From the NCBI GenBank assembly GCA_008632985.1, contig QPGO01000050.1, positions 186,001 to 250,000 of the forward strand: DNA of 64,000 nucleotides. Reading direction: 5' to 3'. The translations under genes and the position numbers were made by a program. Below the pieces are notes generated by a model. It did no database searches. It was not told where the DNA came from and saw nothing but the letters and a program-made list of their open reading frames with translations. The stretch comes from Psammoneis japonica. Its lineage: Eukaryota. Below are positions 34,401-46,582 of the stretch, in pieces. How positions within the stretch are numbered: the stretch's first letter is position 1; each line of letters starts with the position of its first letter.

Positions 34401-36690
34401 CATTTGTCAAAACCTCAAAAATGTTCCAACGGAGTTCAAAACTGACTTTTGCTGTGGCAATGCAGATTTTTGGACCTTCAAAGATTTGTCTTCTTTTTTT
34501 AACAAGAATTTTACTTTCACAATCAGATGAAGACAATTGATTCTGCACACAAGCACAAATGTTTTATTCTGCCACTTTGCTTGCTGTTGTCAGGTTGGTT
34601 GGCACTGCCATGTGTCCTTTTGCTCTGGAGTTTGGAAATTCAGCGGCCCAACTGCTCCTGTTGGGGACAAGGCAACACAAGCCACACCACAACATCAACC
34701 TTGCAATTCCCAGCCACAGTTCTCAAAGTGTTGCCTGGGGTTGCCAGAGACCAATGGCACCTTCACCAGCTTGCTGTTGCTGGTTTGTTGGGGCCATCAT
34801 GGTGTCCTTTTGAATTTGGAAAGTCACATCTGCTCCTGTCAGGAACAAGGTGACATGGGGTCACAAAACCAAATGATCAACCTTGCAATGCTCAAACATG
34901 GTTTGCACCATCATGGCAGGGTCCTTTCATTCTGGAGCCAGGAGTTTGAAGTGTGCTTCTGGCTGGGACAACATGATGGGGTGTTGCAACCGTGCAACAC
35001 TGGCATTGTGCTGAGCACAATTCACAAGTGTTGGTGCCTGGGGTCCACCAGAGACTGCACCAGAGTGACCTCAGCCTGCAGGTGCTTGTTGGGTTGGTTT
35101 GTGCAGGCGCGGGGCTGCTCACAGTCTGAAGTTGGAAAGCTCAACAAGTCTGCCCCAGCCTGCAGACAAGGAGATGACATGGGACCACAACAGAGCAAGG
35201 AGGAACATTGACAGCAGGAGGCACTGCAGCTGCAGTGCCTCCACATCTCTGGGGGCTGCTGGGCTGGCTCTGTGCAGGCACCACACATGCAGCACCACCT
35301 CTGTGCTGACCCAACCAACCTCTTGCTCAACGAGCTCCCTGTCCACAATGAACATCTGTGCAACCAGCTCCACAACCTCTTTTGACCTCCTGCCTGCAGA
35401 TTCAACTGCGACGAGAGTGCAGCAGCAACAAAGGTTGTTGCGCACATGTGAATCAGCTCTGCAAAGATCAGCTGGCACATCAGCAGCCCCACAGACACAA
35501 ACAAACAAACTGCATGTGCCAGCACAAACAATGTGCAAATTCTTCAAACACAGATGCACCAAATGTGATTGAAACAATGTTCAACATCCAGCTGGTGCAC
35601 AAATGAGAGCTCACCACCAGCAACAAAACACACACTGTCAGCAAAGACCCAGTCATGAAATGACAAATTTTCAAGTTGATTCAAATGACCCAAAGCATTT
35701 TGAAACTAGTGTGATGAAAGGCTTCAAGAAGATGACCACTTGCAAAATGATGATGCAAGCAATGATTGACAGGCTGGCTGGGTTCTTGGCTGGGTGTCAT
35801 GGGAGGGTGCTGGGGTGCTGATGTCACAAGAGAGAGCTTCTCCTCCCATGCTGGACAGAGCTTTGCCAGGCAACAAATCCTTGGCTGACCCCACCTTTGT
35901 CAATGCTGACACACCCGCCAATGAGGCCAGCTGTTTGCACTTCTGTCTCCAGCTGCTTTTCCTCCAGTGTCATCTCCAACACAAAGCCCAGCCATCCTGA
36001 CACCACCTCCTCCTGTGCTGAAGAATCCTTCCCCATTTCTTCATCAAGAAATGCCACATCCCAGTCCCCCTGACACCAAGATGGCAGCTGGTTTGTCAAC
36101 CCCACCTTGGTGGAATGATGTCCTGACTTGAACCTGGCCATGTGATCTCCACCAGGGTTGTTGAGGGTGGTGCGCCATCCAACTTCTTCCTGTTGCTGGA
36201 GCCAAGGATGACATTGTGATGAAATCAGAAGTGGGCAACACTCTTCATGGAACACTTCTTCTGTTGCAATGTGCCAAGGGCACATTGACAGTTGACAATG
36301 CTTGGAAGTTTTTTGTCCTCTTGAGGCCACCTTCATTGCCTCCATCTGAGTTGCTGGGTTGCACGGATGCCTCTGGGAAACCACTGTTGCAATGGAGAGA
36401 ATCCATCAGATCATCACTGTGACCCTGAAAAAGGGAAAGGAGTGGGGGTGTCACACACAAATCAACTGTGTGCCAGTGCCTCCCCACAACTGAAATCTCT
36501 GCAACATGGGACAAGGAAATGCATGCCCTGCATGATGCTGCTTGGCCGCAAAGTTGCCAATGGATGCTTGGCTCTTCTGCTGTTGGCTCATGGACATGCG
36601 TGCACAAGCACAATGCAAAATGACAGCAGTGGCAAGCAAAAGGAAATCATGACCACATCATTGAACTCAATCATCAAAAGTGGCAAGACG

Positions 36691-37277
36691 GTGACGGACA
36701 CGAGCAAATGATCTTGTTGGAACTGGTCTGCATGCCACATCATCATCACTGTCATGTGTTGGATGAGGGTCTCAGCAGTGCACACATGTCAAGCATTGGC
36801 AAACAAGGAGACACTGGATGTGTTCGATTTACATTTCTTTCGTTTCCTCATCCGCCGCCTTGGTATCTTCGACAATGAGTTTTCCCGATTCTGTGTTCCC
36901 TTTTCCTTCTAGCTGTTGGTTGTGCTCCTCTTGCACTACAAGGGCGGCATTTCTCACCAGTTCGTAACGGTTGGCTACACCCAGAGCAGCCGCCGAGGCT
37001 TGAGAATCACCAGGCACAACGTCAGTAGTCGATGCATGCCTCGATTGCAAGAAGAACCCTGGATCCAAACCAGCCGCGGCGGCACGAGCTTGGTGTGCAA
37101 TCAAAACATCTTTTGACGACAGTGCTCCATTTTCTTGTCCATTGGAAGATGCAACTCGCCGCAAAGCCGTCAGCAGTTGCTGTGAAAGGTGGACCGTTCG
37201 GAAGCTTCAAAACAAACCCGTTCCATGCGATTGAACTTACTCAGCACTTGAGCCATTGCTCGCCCGTCGGCTGTTGC
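36691..37277 (-). pseudogene. TAF11-like pseudogene, copy 1 (internal ~350-bp deletion, TpA-mutated)
   Basis: Aligns to 37328-37800 and then to 38156-38249. Confidence 0.7.
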
Positions 37278-37327
37278 TTCTTGTGGAACGATAATTAAGT
37301 TTCTTCTGAGTTGGTTCGAGCCGCCCC

Positions 37328-38252
37328 GTGACGGACACGAGCGAATGATCTTGTTAGAACTAGTCTACGTACCATATCATCACCATCATGTGTTGGATGT
37401 GGGTCTTAGCAGTACACAAATATCAAGCATTGGCAAACAAGGAGATAATAGATATGTTCGATTTATATTTCTTTCGTTTCCTCATCCGCCGCCTTGGTAT
37501 CTTCGACAATGAGTTTTCCCGATTCTGTGTTCCCTTTTCCTTCTAGCTGTTGGTTGTACTCCTGTTGCACTACAAGGGCGGCATTTCTCACCAGTTTGTA
37601 ACGGTTGACTACACCCAGAGCCGCCGCCGAGGCTTGAGAATTACCAGCCACAACGTTAGTAGTCGATGCATTGCCTCGATTGCAAGAAGAACCCTGGATC
37701 CAAACCAGCCGCGGCAAGAGCTTGGTGTGGAATCAAAATATCTTTTGACGGTAGTGCTCCATTTTCTTGTCCATTGGAAGATGCAACTCGACGCGGCGCC
37801 GTCACCAGTCACTGTGCATATGCTTTCGCCAGCGTGGACACAACATCAGTGATCTCTTCAGATTGACCAGGCGCAACCATATCTTCAAGGGAGCGCTTTG
37901 GTCGACCACCGTTTCGTCGTCAATTCTCACTATTAGATAATGAACTAGTGTCACTACTGTTGTGACCATTGCTGGCAGTCCCATCGCGGATATACGGACA
38001 TCGCTGTGGCAAAGCGTTGTTGGCATTCCGGGCTTCACCGCCAATTCCCAAGGTCGAGGAGCCCAGGAGCTGTCGAGTCTTTTCTCCACCAGCACAATCT
38101 CTTTCGTGTGATACAGCAAGACAGTGCGCAACAAAAGATGATATAGCATCACCGCGAAAGGTGGACGGTTTGAAAGCTTCAAAACGAACCCGTTCCATGC
38201 GATTAAACGTACTCAGCACCTGAGCCATTGCTTGCCCATCGGCTGTTGCCAT
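37328..38252 (-). pseudogene. TAF11-like (histone-fold TFIID subunit) pseudogene, copy 2
   Basis: VLSTFNRMERVRFEAFK.STF and EEITDVVSTLAKAYAQ*LVT resemble the TAF11 histone fold; in-frame TGA stops at ~37920 and ~37810, plus a later frameshift relative to copy 1. Confidence 0.6.
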
Positions 38253-39049
38253 GCTGAATATCGATACAAGGTGTAGAGTGGAGATGAATCATCAGTACCA
38301 CCAAAGATTAAAGTTTTAGGCAAGGCATGATATTCCCTCTCAATACTTACCATACTCTTGAAGACGAGGAAGTTTTCTCTTCGTTGCTGTTCTTGTTTGT
38401 CTTTGCCGATTTCGACTTTTTCTGCTTCTTTTTCGTTTTTGTGGGCTTGGTAGGTTAAGCTCCCTTTTCCTCCGGTTCTATGGATTGAAGCAACAGATTT
38501 TTTTAGGATGTAAGAGAAAGTGAGGCGACGTGTAAGCACAATCAACCACGTTGGAAGTTGGAAAATACCTGCTTCCAACTGTCGCCGCCTCTGACCTTGG
38601 CCGTTTGATTGAGCGATGATCCATCTTGAGGCTTCAAACAAAATACTCGTCTAATGTATTCCTTTCAACTCACACTTTACAATTGTTGTAGAGTGCCGTA
38701 TCTCTAGCCAGAAACAGCACCAACAAGCAAGCAAACAAGGGAATACACTAAAGTCTCTTGAAGCAACAGCAAGAGCGGCGCAACGACCTTGTCTCCGCCC
38801 GCCCTTCGCTGCTCGGTCCTCGAGCTACTCTCCATCGTTTTGTTTTGATTTTTTTTTGACACCTGTGGACAAACGGGACACTGCGTAGCCAGGGTGTATT
38901 TTAGTACCTAGTGATTCGTGGACAAGCGTGCCAAGGCGTGCCAAGGCGTGCCAACGTGTACCAAGTGCTTCACGAACGATGGGGAGTGATAAATCCCGCG
39001 AAAATCCGAGCGAAACAGGTGCTGAACCGCATGAAAACCCCAAGCCCTG

Positions 39050-42000
39050 TGTCACGAGAATGACAGAAGTGCTGTAGGAATGCGGTAACCCCACCGGAAT
39101 CTGAGGGTCGTTTCCACCATTTGAAGTTTTCTTGTCGAGTGCTCCTGTGGATTCATCCAAGAGCAGAACTGCTGGTTTCAACGACAGTGCAATTGCAAGT
39201 GTGAGGCATGTTGTGCTTCCTCCTCTCCCAGAGAGGTTGATCCAAGGCGAGTGGACAGAAGCTCCGCTGGAGGCAATGCTGGTCGGGAGAAAGAGTGCTG
39301 TCTTTCTCATCAGCTTTGTAACCTTGCACTTCATTGAAATGCTCTCTTGGAGTTCTGTCGAGCGTTGGTTGCCATTGTTTGCAGCCTCATCCGTGCTGTT
39401 CTTGGGCTGATTCGCTGCGATGCCGTCAAGAGTCAAGAAACTCAAAATCATGGTGCATGATTGGTTCAATGTCACACATGCCAACAAGATCAAGCAGGAG
39501 GAGGACAAGGGGTCAACAAAAAGATTGGCATTGTTGGAGATGATGAGAATGGAAACGCTGAGCTCAAAAATGACTCCTTCCTCAAGGTGAAAGAGGCTGA
39601 CGATGAAGGCACGCCCTTGATGCGTTCGAGCTCGGTTGCAACTCAAAGGGCTGGGAACAAGAGCTTGAGTCTCTTGGAAAGGATGTGGAGAGCGTCCAGC
39701 AAACTGTCACGCATGTGTGTCATTCTGGATGAAACAACTCAAGCTGCCGCAGCTGGGATGCTGCCGGTTTCTTCATGGGCGTTGCGGGTGTGTTTGTCCG
39801 GCATGCACTCTTTTGGGGAGAAGCCCAGCTTCAGACCCTCACAGACAAGGGCAGAACACCGCTTCCTGTGCTTGGGAAGAAAGGGAACCAACCACTGATC
39901 TGATTGCCTTTGGCCATTGTTTGATTGATTCTCAAGATGCGGCTGCAATTGAAGCAGGTGTCAGCATTGGCTGTGCAGCTTTCATTTCAGCTGCAAAAAT
40001 GATCGTTGTCGGCCACAGCTTGGACACTGGCACAGTTGGAGGGCACGTTTGGGGGCCACTCTTTGTCAGTGTGTGGCTGCTCACCTCTTTGTGGGTGCAG
40101 ACAGAATGTTGTTGCATTGGACCGGCATTGAGCAGTGCCAGCCGCCATTCAAAAGAGGGGCTCAGAATGGATGTTGTCTCATGTTTCTGGCTTTGGAGAA
40201 TTGAAGGAGTTTCATCCTTCTTTGTTTCATGGAGCATGCCAACAAGCTGAATCTGTGAAACACCCACCATCTCTTCTGAAAGCGGGTTGGCACAGTTGAC
40301 AAGAACTCAGTTGCGACATTGGAAATGGCTCTGGTTTGGCATTGAGCAACGACGACATTGAGCGGTCCTCCATTGGAACTGGAAATCGGCGTGGACACGA
40401 GTTTGCATGATGACCAAGATTCTTGACCCAAACACCATGTTTGGACACAAAAAAACTTGCACCAGAAAATACAAAGGAGAACCAGCAACACAGATGCGTG
40501 CCATTGCTGTGGCTTGGGATGTTGCCATGACCAGGACATTCCATTCAATGACACCAGATTCCTTGGAAATGCTCAAACTGGTTGCAGCTGGACCTTTGGA
40601 CTTTAGACAAATGTTGTGGCCAGTTTGAGAAAGTGACAAATGAGCTCAAGGTCCAGTGCAAGTGTGACAACAATGCAGTGCAAACAAGCAACTGGAGCAC
40701 TGGACGAAAAAGCAATTGTGCGAAAGATGAGTCACCCCTTTGTCATGGGTTCACTCAATTCGCACAAGGACAAGCAGTGCCTCCAGATGCTGGTCAATCT
40801 CATGCACGTGAATTTGACGGCATTCTTGAGGATTGGGTTGTTGTTCATGCCTTGGCAGCAATTGAGGGGCTGAGCTGCATGCATTGTCAAGTCATTGTTG
40901 ACTTGGGAAGGGAAAATGTGATGCTGGACAGTGGACAGTGATGCTCCAATGTTGATCTTGGTCAATCTGTGTGTTCACCTTGCCATGGCATCATGCATGT
41001 CTTGGTGATGCTGGGTTTCATTAAAGCTCATGGAGGATCGGATTCTGCACCAATGGATTGCAACCGACACGACGGCCAAGTCGCTCATGACAGCGTGTGC
41101 TGAGGCCTGTTGTCAACAGACATTCTCAGGAAGCGCCGTCAGAGGAAAAGTGGTGGAGGAATTGAGAGGGACATGTTGGGCTGTTGGAGTTGAGAGGGAG
41201 AGTCAGTGTTTGGCAGTTGGGTCAAGGAGAGCATTCCACACTTGCCTGTCACCTTGTCCAACTTTTGCCAAAATCTGTTCTTTCACAGCTGCCTGCATCC
41301 CATCCACTCTTGAGCTCAACAGGGGCACTTTTGCACATGAGCAGGCTCAACTCTTGTTTGCCTTGTCTTGTGCATCTGTCCAGTTTGATGCAAAGGTGTG
41401 TGCAATTCATCACAATGCACTTCATTCTCACAACACTTCATTGGTGACCAAATCTGACTCTTGTCTTTGTGCTTCCCGCACAAGCAGGGGAAACGTCTCT
41501 GTTACGACATGCATGGCCAGGTTGTTTGAGGGCCTTGAGTGATGGTCCTTGCTTGGATGCGCTGGACCGACTCTCGCGGTGATTCAGATGCATCAAAATG
41601 TCATCTTGGACGCCGTTGCCTCCATGCCAGAAGGATTCATCCAACTTTTGTGGAGACTCGACTTGTTCCCTCTTTCAGCTGCACCCAACCTTGAGTGTCT
41701 TTCACCCCGATGCCAAAGAGGAGAATTTCATGCATTGCAGCCCCAAGCCAAGGACAGCTGTTGCCAAAAGACTTGGCAGCAGCAGGGCCTGTGGTGTTGG
41801 GCTTTTTGAAGTGCCACAGACAAGCCGCATTTGCTCACCTTGGAGAAGAGCACCATGCTCGTTGTCTAGATTGCACCTGCAAGAATGGTCACTTGCATCC
41901 TGTCGAAGCCTCAGAAAAGTTTCAAATCAAGTTGCTCGAAGCACGGGGCGCAGTTGGCAACACGGTGATTCGCCAAGCCTGCCTTGCATCATCATGCTGA

Positions 42001-42700
42001 ACATCACCAGGCTGCGGACGTGGTCCTTCAAAAGGCTCGCACTGTCGCCAACAATTCTCAGTTTGCGCCCGGCATGAAGCTGGGCTTCATTTGCACACAC
42101 AGCAGTTGGATCATGGATGCGGGGCATGAAGTCCTCTTAACTCGGCAGCTCGATCATCATCAAAAGTAGAGCGGAGTTGCAATGGGGGAAAAGAAGCAGC
42201 TTGGGACGACAAGAAATCAAGCTGCGATGCGGTGAATGTCGTCAAAGCTTCCCAAGCTGCCGGCACTGTTAGAGCGGCAATCGGGGCTGTGTCTTCAAGT
42301 TTCAATCCATCCCACAAAACCCGGAAAAGGGCAACATTGACGAGACGTTGCATGTCCTCTACCCAGTTTGACTCATCTCACGATTGTGCACTTCATCGAC
42401 ATTGATTCCAAAACCACAGACAATTCTGTTGGGGAGCTCATTGATGATTGGAAGGAGGTGTCGGTCCCGGGGAATGCCGTTGCTGTGAGTCTGCTCGCGG
42501 GTTCCTTAATTTGAAAAAGGACAAGATTGACTTTGCAGGCAGAAAACCACCGGCATCTACCGGCATTGAGAAGCTTCCATTTGGTTAGAGCTCACAGCAT
42601 TTCTTCGTTGTCGATGCAGGAAACGGAAACATTGATTTGTACAACATGAACCGTTGATGCTTCATAAAATGCAAAGATGGTCCATTGTCCATTGTTGAGC
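39050..42700. other. TpA-depleted block 3 with CpG largely retained
   Basis: Roughly 15-20 TA in 3.6 kb while CG remains frequent. Confidence 0.8.
39120..39250 (-). pseudogene. ABC ATPase gene fragment
   Basis: W.NLSG (degenerate signature), LAIALSLKPAVLLLDESTGALD (Walker B and D-loop); no Walker A found. Confidence 0.6.
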
Positions 42701-43239
42701 AGGGCCCCGGCAATTACATTGGATTCAGGTTGGAACTTGCACTGCAGATTACGCATTATGCTCATTGTACAGTAGCCATAGATAAGAGCCAGTTTGATCT
42801 ACCGGCATCATCACAAGAGGCATGCCACCGGAATGAAGCTTTGCGCCGTACGGGTGAAGAAGAACAAGAGGAGGGGGAAAACGTACAGCACGAACGCTCG
42901 GGACGACCGACAGAGCGGCGCCAGGTGCTTTTGGAGTTGTAGCTATGCACTTCTGTAACGATTGCTGTTGTCATCTCATCCTTTATTAACACCAACTGGT
43001 TATCAACATGTGGCCAACTTTGAATCGTAGGACAATCTAGTTCTCCTACTGTGTACTGTAATTTGTATTGTACGCAGCTTATGGTTGTTTTCTACTGTAT
43101 CATACTGCACTCTTCCAGAACTACCATTGCATCTGTCGCAGTTATGAAAGAAGAGCTGTCAAGACGCGCCATATACACTTTAATACCCGCATAAAAACAA
43201 AACAATAGCAGCACACAATATTTCCTTTGTGAATAGGGT

Positions 43240-43255
43240 GGATTTTAAAAAATCC
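43240..43255 (-). promoter_or_regulatory. Histone 3' stem-loop (H2B)
   Basis: AACC-GGATTT-TTTA-AAATCC-ACCC-TATTCACAAAGGA on the minus strand. Confidence 0.85.
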
Positions 43256-43291
43256 GGTTGTTTGATTGCAATAAAGCAATAGGTTTGGCAC

Positions 43292-43642
43292 TTAAGCCGA
43301 AGAGAACTTGGTGACAGCCTTGGTTCCCTCCGAAACGGCGTGCTTGGCGAGTTCACCAGGAAGCATGAGACGGACCGCCGTCTGAATCTCTCGGCTGGAG
43401 AGCGTAGCCTTCTTGTTGTAGGTGGCAAGTTTTCCGGCTTCGGTCGCGATACGCTCAAAAATGTCGTTGATGAAGGAGTTCATGATGGACATGCCTTTCT
43501 TGCTAATACCGGTATCGGGGTGGACCTGCTTGAGCACCTTGTAGATGTAGGACGAGTACGACTCGGTACGCTTCTTGGAGCGCTTGGTGGCGGCAGCCTT
43601 CTTCGGGGCCTTGGCCGATTGCTTGGATGGGGTTTTCGCCAT
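43292..43642 (-). CDS. H2B: Histone H2B
   Basis: 116-aa ORF with [18 protein letters not shown]...[12 protein letters not shown]. Confidence 0.99.
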   Translation of the reverse strand: MAKTPSKQSAKAPKKAAATKRSKKRTESYSSYIYKVLKQVHPDTGISKKGMSIMNSFINDIFERIATEAGKLATYNKKATLSSREIQTAVRLMLPGELAKHAVSEGTKAVTKFSSA

Positions 43643-44107
43643 GGTTGAAGTGTTTTGTTCTGACGAGGCAAAAGAAAATATAGAGCGTCAGAAACCATGA
43701 ACAAGTCGACAAGGAGCAACGAGAGAATACAGAGACGAGATACATTGCAGTGTCGAAGGCTCACCTTTGACTTTCCGACTGATTGATCGAAATTTGTGAG
43801 CGTTGTGTGAGCAACGCGAAAAATCGGTATTTTGAATCCTACTGAAGCCAACGGAAGGTCTACGTGCAGTACTGAGGCCCTGTAGATGTCTACGAATGAA
43901 GAGACGGCCGGCGCGCGCCATGAGTTTGATGTCTGTCCGGTTTCCGTCGTTCCGAGTGGCGCGTTTTCATCTGAGTATGGGGCGCCGTAGAATTCAACGA
44001 CAAAAGCCTACCGCACGCTTGTACGCGAAGCCACAGATAAGCTCACAAAACTCGTTGGAATCGTTCCAAGAAGTCAATTTACACACAACAACAACAACCA
44101 AGTCATC

Positions 44108-44564
44108 ATGTCTGGTAAGTCTCTCGCCGCTGCTGTGATCTTCATTAGGCAATGACGCAATGACTCGCTAACACGCTGCTCTCGTCTTTCTACTAACCAC
44201 AGGAAAAGGAAAAGGAGGCCGCGGCGAGAAGAAGAGCACCACCGCATCTGCCAAGGCTGGATTGCAGTTCCCCGTCGGTCGTATCGGACGTTATCTTCGT
44301 CAGGGCAAGTACGCCACTCGTATGGGAGCAGGTGCGCCAGTGTACCTTGCTGCCGTGTTGGAGTACCTTTGCGCCGAGATTTTGGAGCTTGCTGGCAACG
44401 CCGCTCGTGACAACAAGAAGAGCCGCATCGTACCTCGTCACATTACTCTTGCCGTCAAGAACGACGAGGAGCTCAACAAGCTTCTTGGAGGGGTCACAAT
44501 CGCGTCTGGTGGTGTCTTGCCAAATATTCACGCCGTTCTCTTGCCCAAGAAGTCGGGCAAATAA
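44108..44564 (+). CDS. H2A: Histone H2A; exons 44108-44114 and 44203-44564
   Basis: Spliced product [13 protein letters not shown]...AGLQFPVGR...LLPKKSGK; 88-nt GTAAGT...TACTAAC-CACAG intron. Confidence 0.97.
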
Positions 44565-44617
44565 GCATTTGACTGCAGTGCTCGCATAGTTGTCTCGCGT
44601 TGAGCAACGAACAAACC

Positions 44618-44633
44618 GGATTTTATAAAATCC
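44618..44633 (+). promoter_or_regulatory. Histone 3' stem-loop (H2A)
   Basis: AACC-GGATTT-TATA-AAATCC-ACCC-TATTCACAAAGGA. Confidence 0.85.
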
Positions 44634-45745
44634 ACCCTATTCACAAAGGAACCACTACGATGGACGATTCGTGTTTGCTTGTTTTTCTTTGCTTGATGTA
44701 TAGGTGGTTGTTGCGAATGGTATCGCATCGAGCAATAGAAAATAGAAACTAAGAATAGTGATTGGACTGTACTAGAATAGCTCAATTTGATCTCGAATAG
44801 CAACAGTACTTTTACCGACTGTCGACTTATGTACTACTCGCCTCTTTGCTTGCTGCTAAATTACATTCGATACACAAAAATCTCTTGTACGGTAAGAAGT
44901 GCATGTACCGGTAGAGAGAACGACTCCATCCACCGATGCTACGGTATGTAGAGAAACGCCATTGCGTGCTCCATCATCGATCCGCTCAACTCAGAACATG
45001 CTGCGCAGCGTCGCGCGCGCGCGCAATAACAGACAGAAGTAAAAGCACGCCCGCCTCCTCTGTTTAAACAAGATTTTGCTCAATACCGATTCTGACTGTA
45101 CATCCTACGCAGCTCCGTAAGACCATATAATCTTTCTACATACACATCATCTCTACGCCATTTTTGTACCAATCTTTATTCCAAAAATTCTGGCGCGGCC
45201 CGAATGAGGGACCGCGCCATCCCATCACTTCTGCTCCAAATCAAAGAGCAAACAAGCACACAATTTCCAGAACGGGGTGAGTGATGCCAGAGATACGCTT
45301 CGTCATGATGCGTTCCTTTCTTTTTCGTTATACTACCATACCGCCACGAGACTGACTGTGCTGCGTTCTGAATGACCCTCGTTTATTTTGCTGTTGTGTG
45401 TCGTCTTTCGCGTGTTGCGTCGTTGCTTGGTCGCTTACAGCCGCTGTCTCATGGTCGCCGCGGTATGTTGTACTTTTTGACGTCTTGTCGATGTCACCAT
45501 GGCGTCGTGACACTTTGCTATTACTCTTATGGATACTCTGTCTTGTCGATTTCTTCCATATGGCTCTTGTAGATCGCTGTTGTCGTTCGCATCGGCTGTA
45601 TGCCGTCGTTTCAGTTGACTCTCTCCATTGTCGTTCTGAATTCGCATTCGGTACTTTCAAAGCTTTACTCAATTCAACAACAACACTTACGCTTCTCCTC
45701 GATTTATCTCCTTTCAGAATTACTCTCTAGTACAAGTACAGCAAC

Positions 45746-46524
45746 ATGTCTTACAAAGCAGGTATCGTCGAAGCCATTACGGAGCTCAAGGATCGCAACG
45801 GTTCGTCCATGATTGCGATTCGCAAGGTGATGCAGGGCAAGCTCCCCAAGGACAAGAAGTGGCTCAACGCTACCTTTTTGACGGCTCTCAAGTCCGGCGT
45901 GGCTTCTGGGGACTTTATCCAGATCAAGAACTCTTACAAGCTTTCGCCGGAGTTCAAGAAGAAGGCCGCTGGCAAGACGAAGAAGGCGGCTCCTAAGAAG
46001 AAGGCCGCGGCTGTAAGTACTGTATTGCATGAAGCCATATGCGTTATTTTTGTTTATTGAGTCATAGCTTATTTTTGCTTTCTTCCACCTTAGTCTAAGA
46101 AGAAGACGGCACCCAAGAAAAAGACGGCTGTAAGTATTCGTATCTTGCTGAAACCATTTGCCTTAGTTTCGTTTATTGCCTCATTACTCATACGATTGTT
46201 TCGCTCTCTCTTCAGCCTAAGAAGAAGACGGCACCAAAGAAGAAGACGGCTCCTAAGAAGAAGGCTGGTGAGTACAGTGCCGTAGTGATTCTCGTTCATG
46301 TATATGCGGCTTCTAACGTCTTGCTCTCGCGATTGTTATTATTGATGTTCTTTCAGCCACCAAGAAGAAGAAGACCACGACCAAGAAGGCGGCGTAAGTC
46401 TCTTCTCTGCATATGCTGGTTGTCTTTTCCTTTGATTCGTTTGTTTCATAACTTAATTCCTTTTCTTTGTTGAAGCAGACCCAAGAAGGCCAAAAAGGCA
46501 GCCACCAAGAAGACCAAGAAATAA
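45746..46524 (+). CDS. H1: Histone H1; exons 45746-46012, 46094-46129, 46216-46267, 46357-46393, 46479-46524
   Basis: Globular H15 domain (YKAGIVEAI..LKDRNGSS...SYKLS); four GT-AG introns splice in frame to a K/A/P/T-rich tail ending KKTKK*. Confidence 0.92.
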
Positions 46525-46566
46525 ACATGTTCTCTAGCAGAATGAAGCTTGCGTAGCAACATAACA

Positions 46567-46582
46567 GGATTTTATAAAATCC
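46567..46582 (+). promoter_or_regulatory. Histone 3' stem-loop (H1)
   Basis: AACA-GGATTT-TATA-AAATCC-ACCC-TCTTCACAAGGA. Confidence 0.85.

Larger units (their letters stand above)
21676..36830. other. TpA-depleted hypermutated repeat block 2
   Basis: Same composition as block 1; contains a tandem array, a DDE transposase relic and a non-LTR retrotransposon relic. Confidence 0.9.

Noticed and set aside
6100..36830. Classical fungal RIP or plain CpG decay as the full explanation
   Set aside because: RIP creates TpA and lowers GC, and CpG decay cannot remove TpA; the aligned duplicates show TA->TG/CA.
38890..39048. Small CAGGG...CCCTG element with CGTGCCAAGG x3
   Set aside because: The terminal match is only 5 bp and there is no TSD.
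43643..44107. CGCG-rich cell-cycle (E2F/MCB-like) motifs in histone promoters
   Set aside because: Short, inconsistent between the three promoters and not distinguishable from chance by eye.
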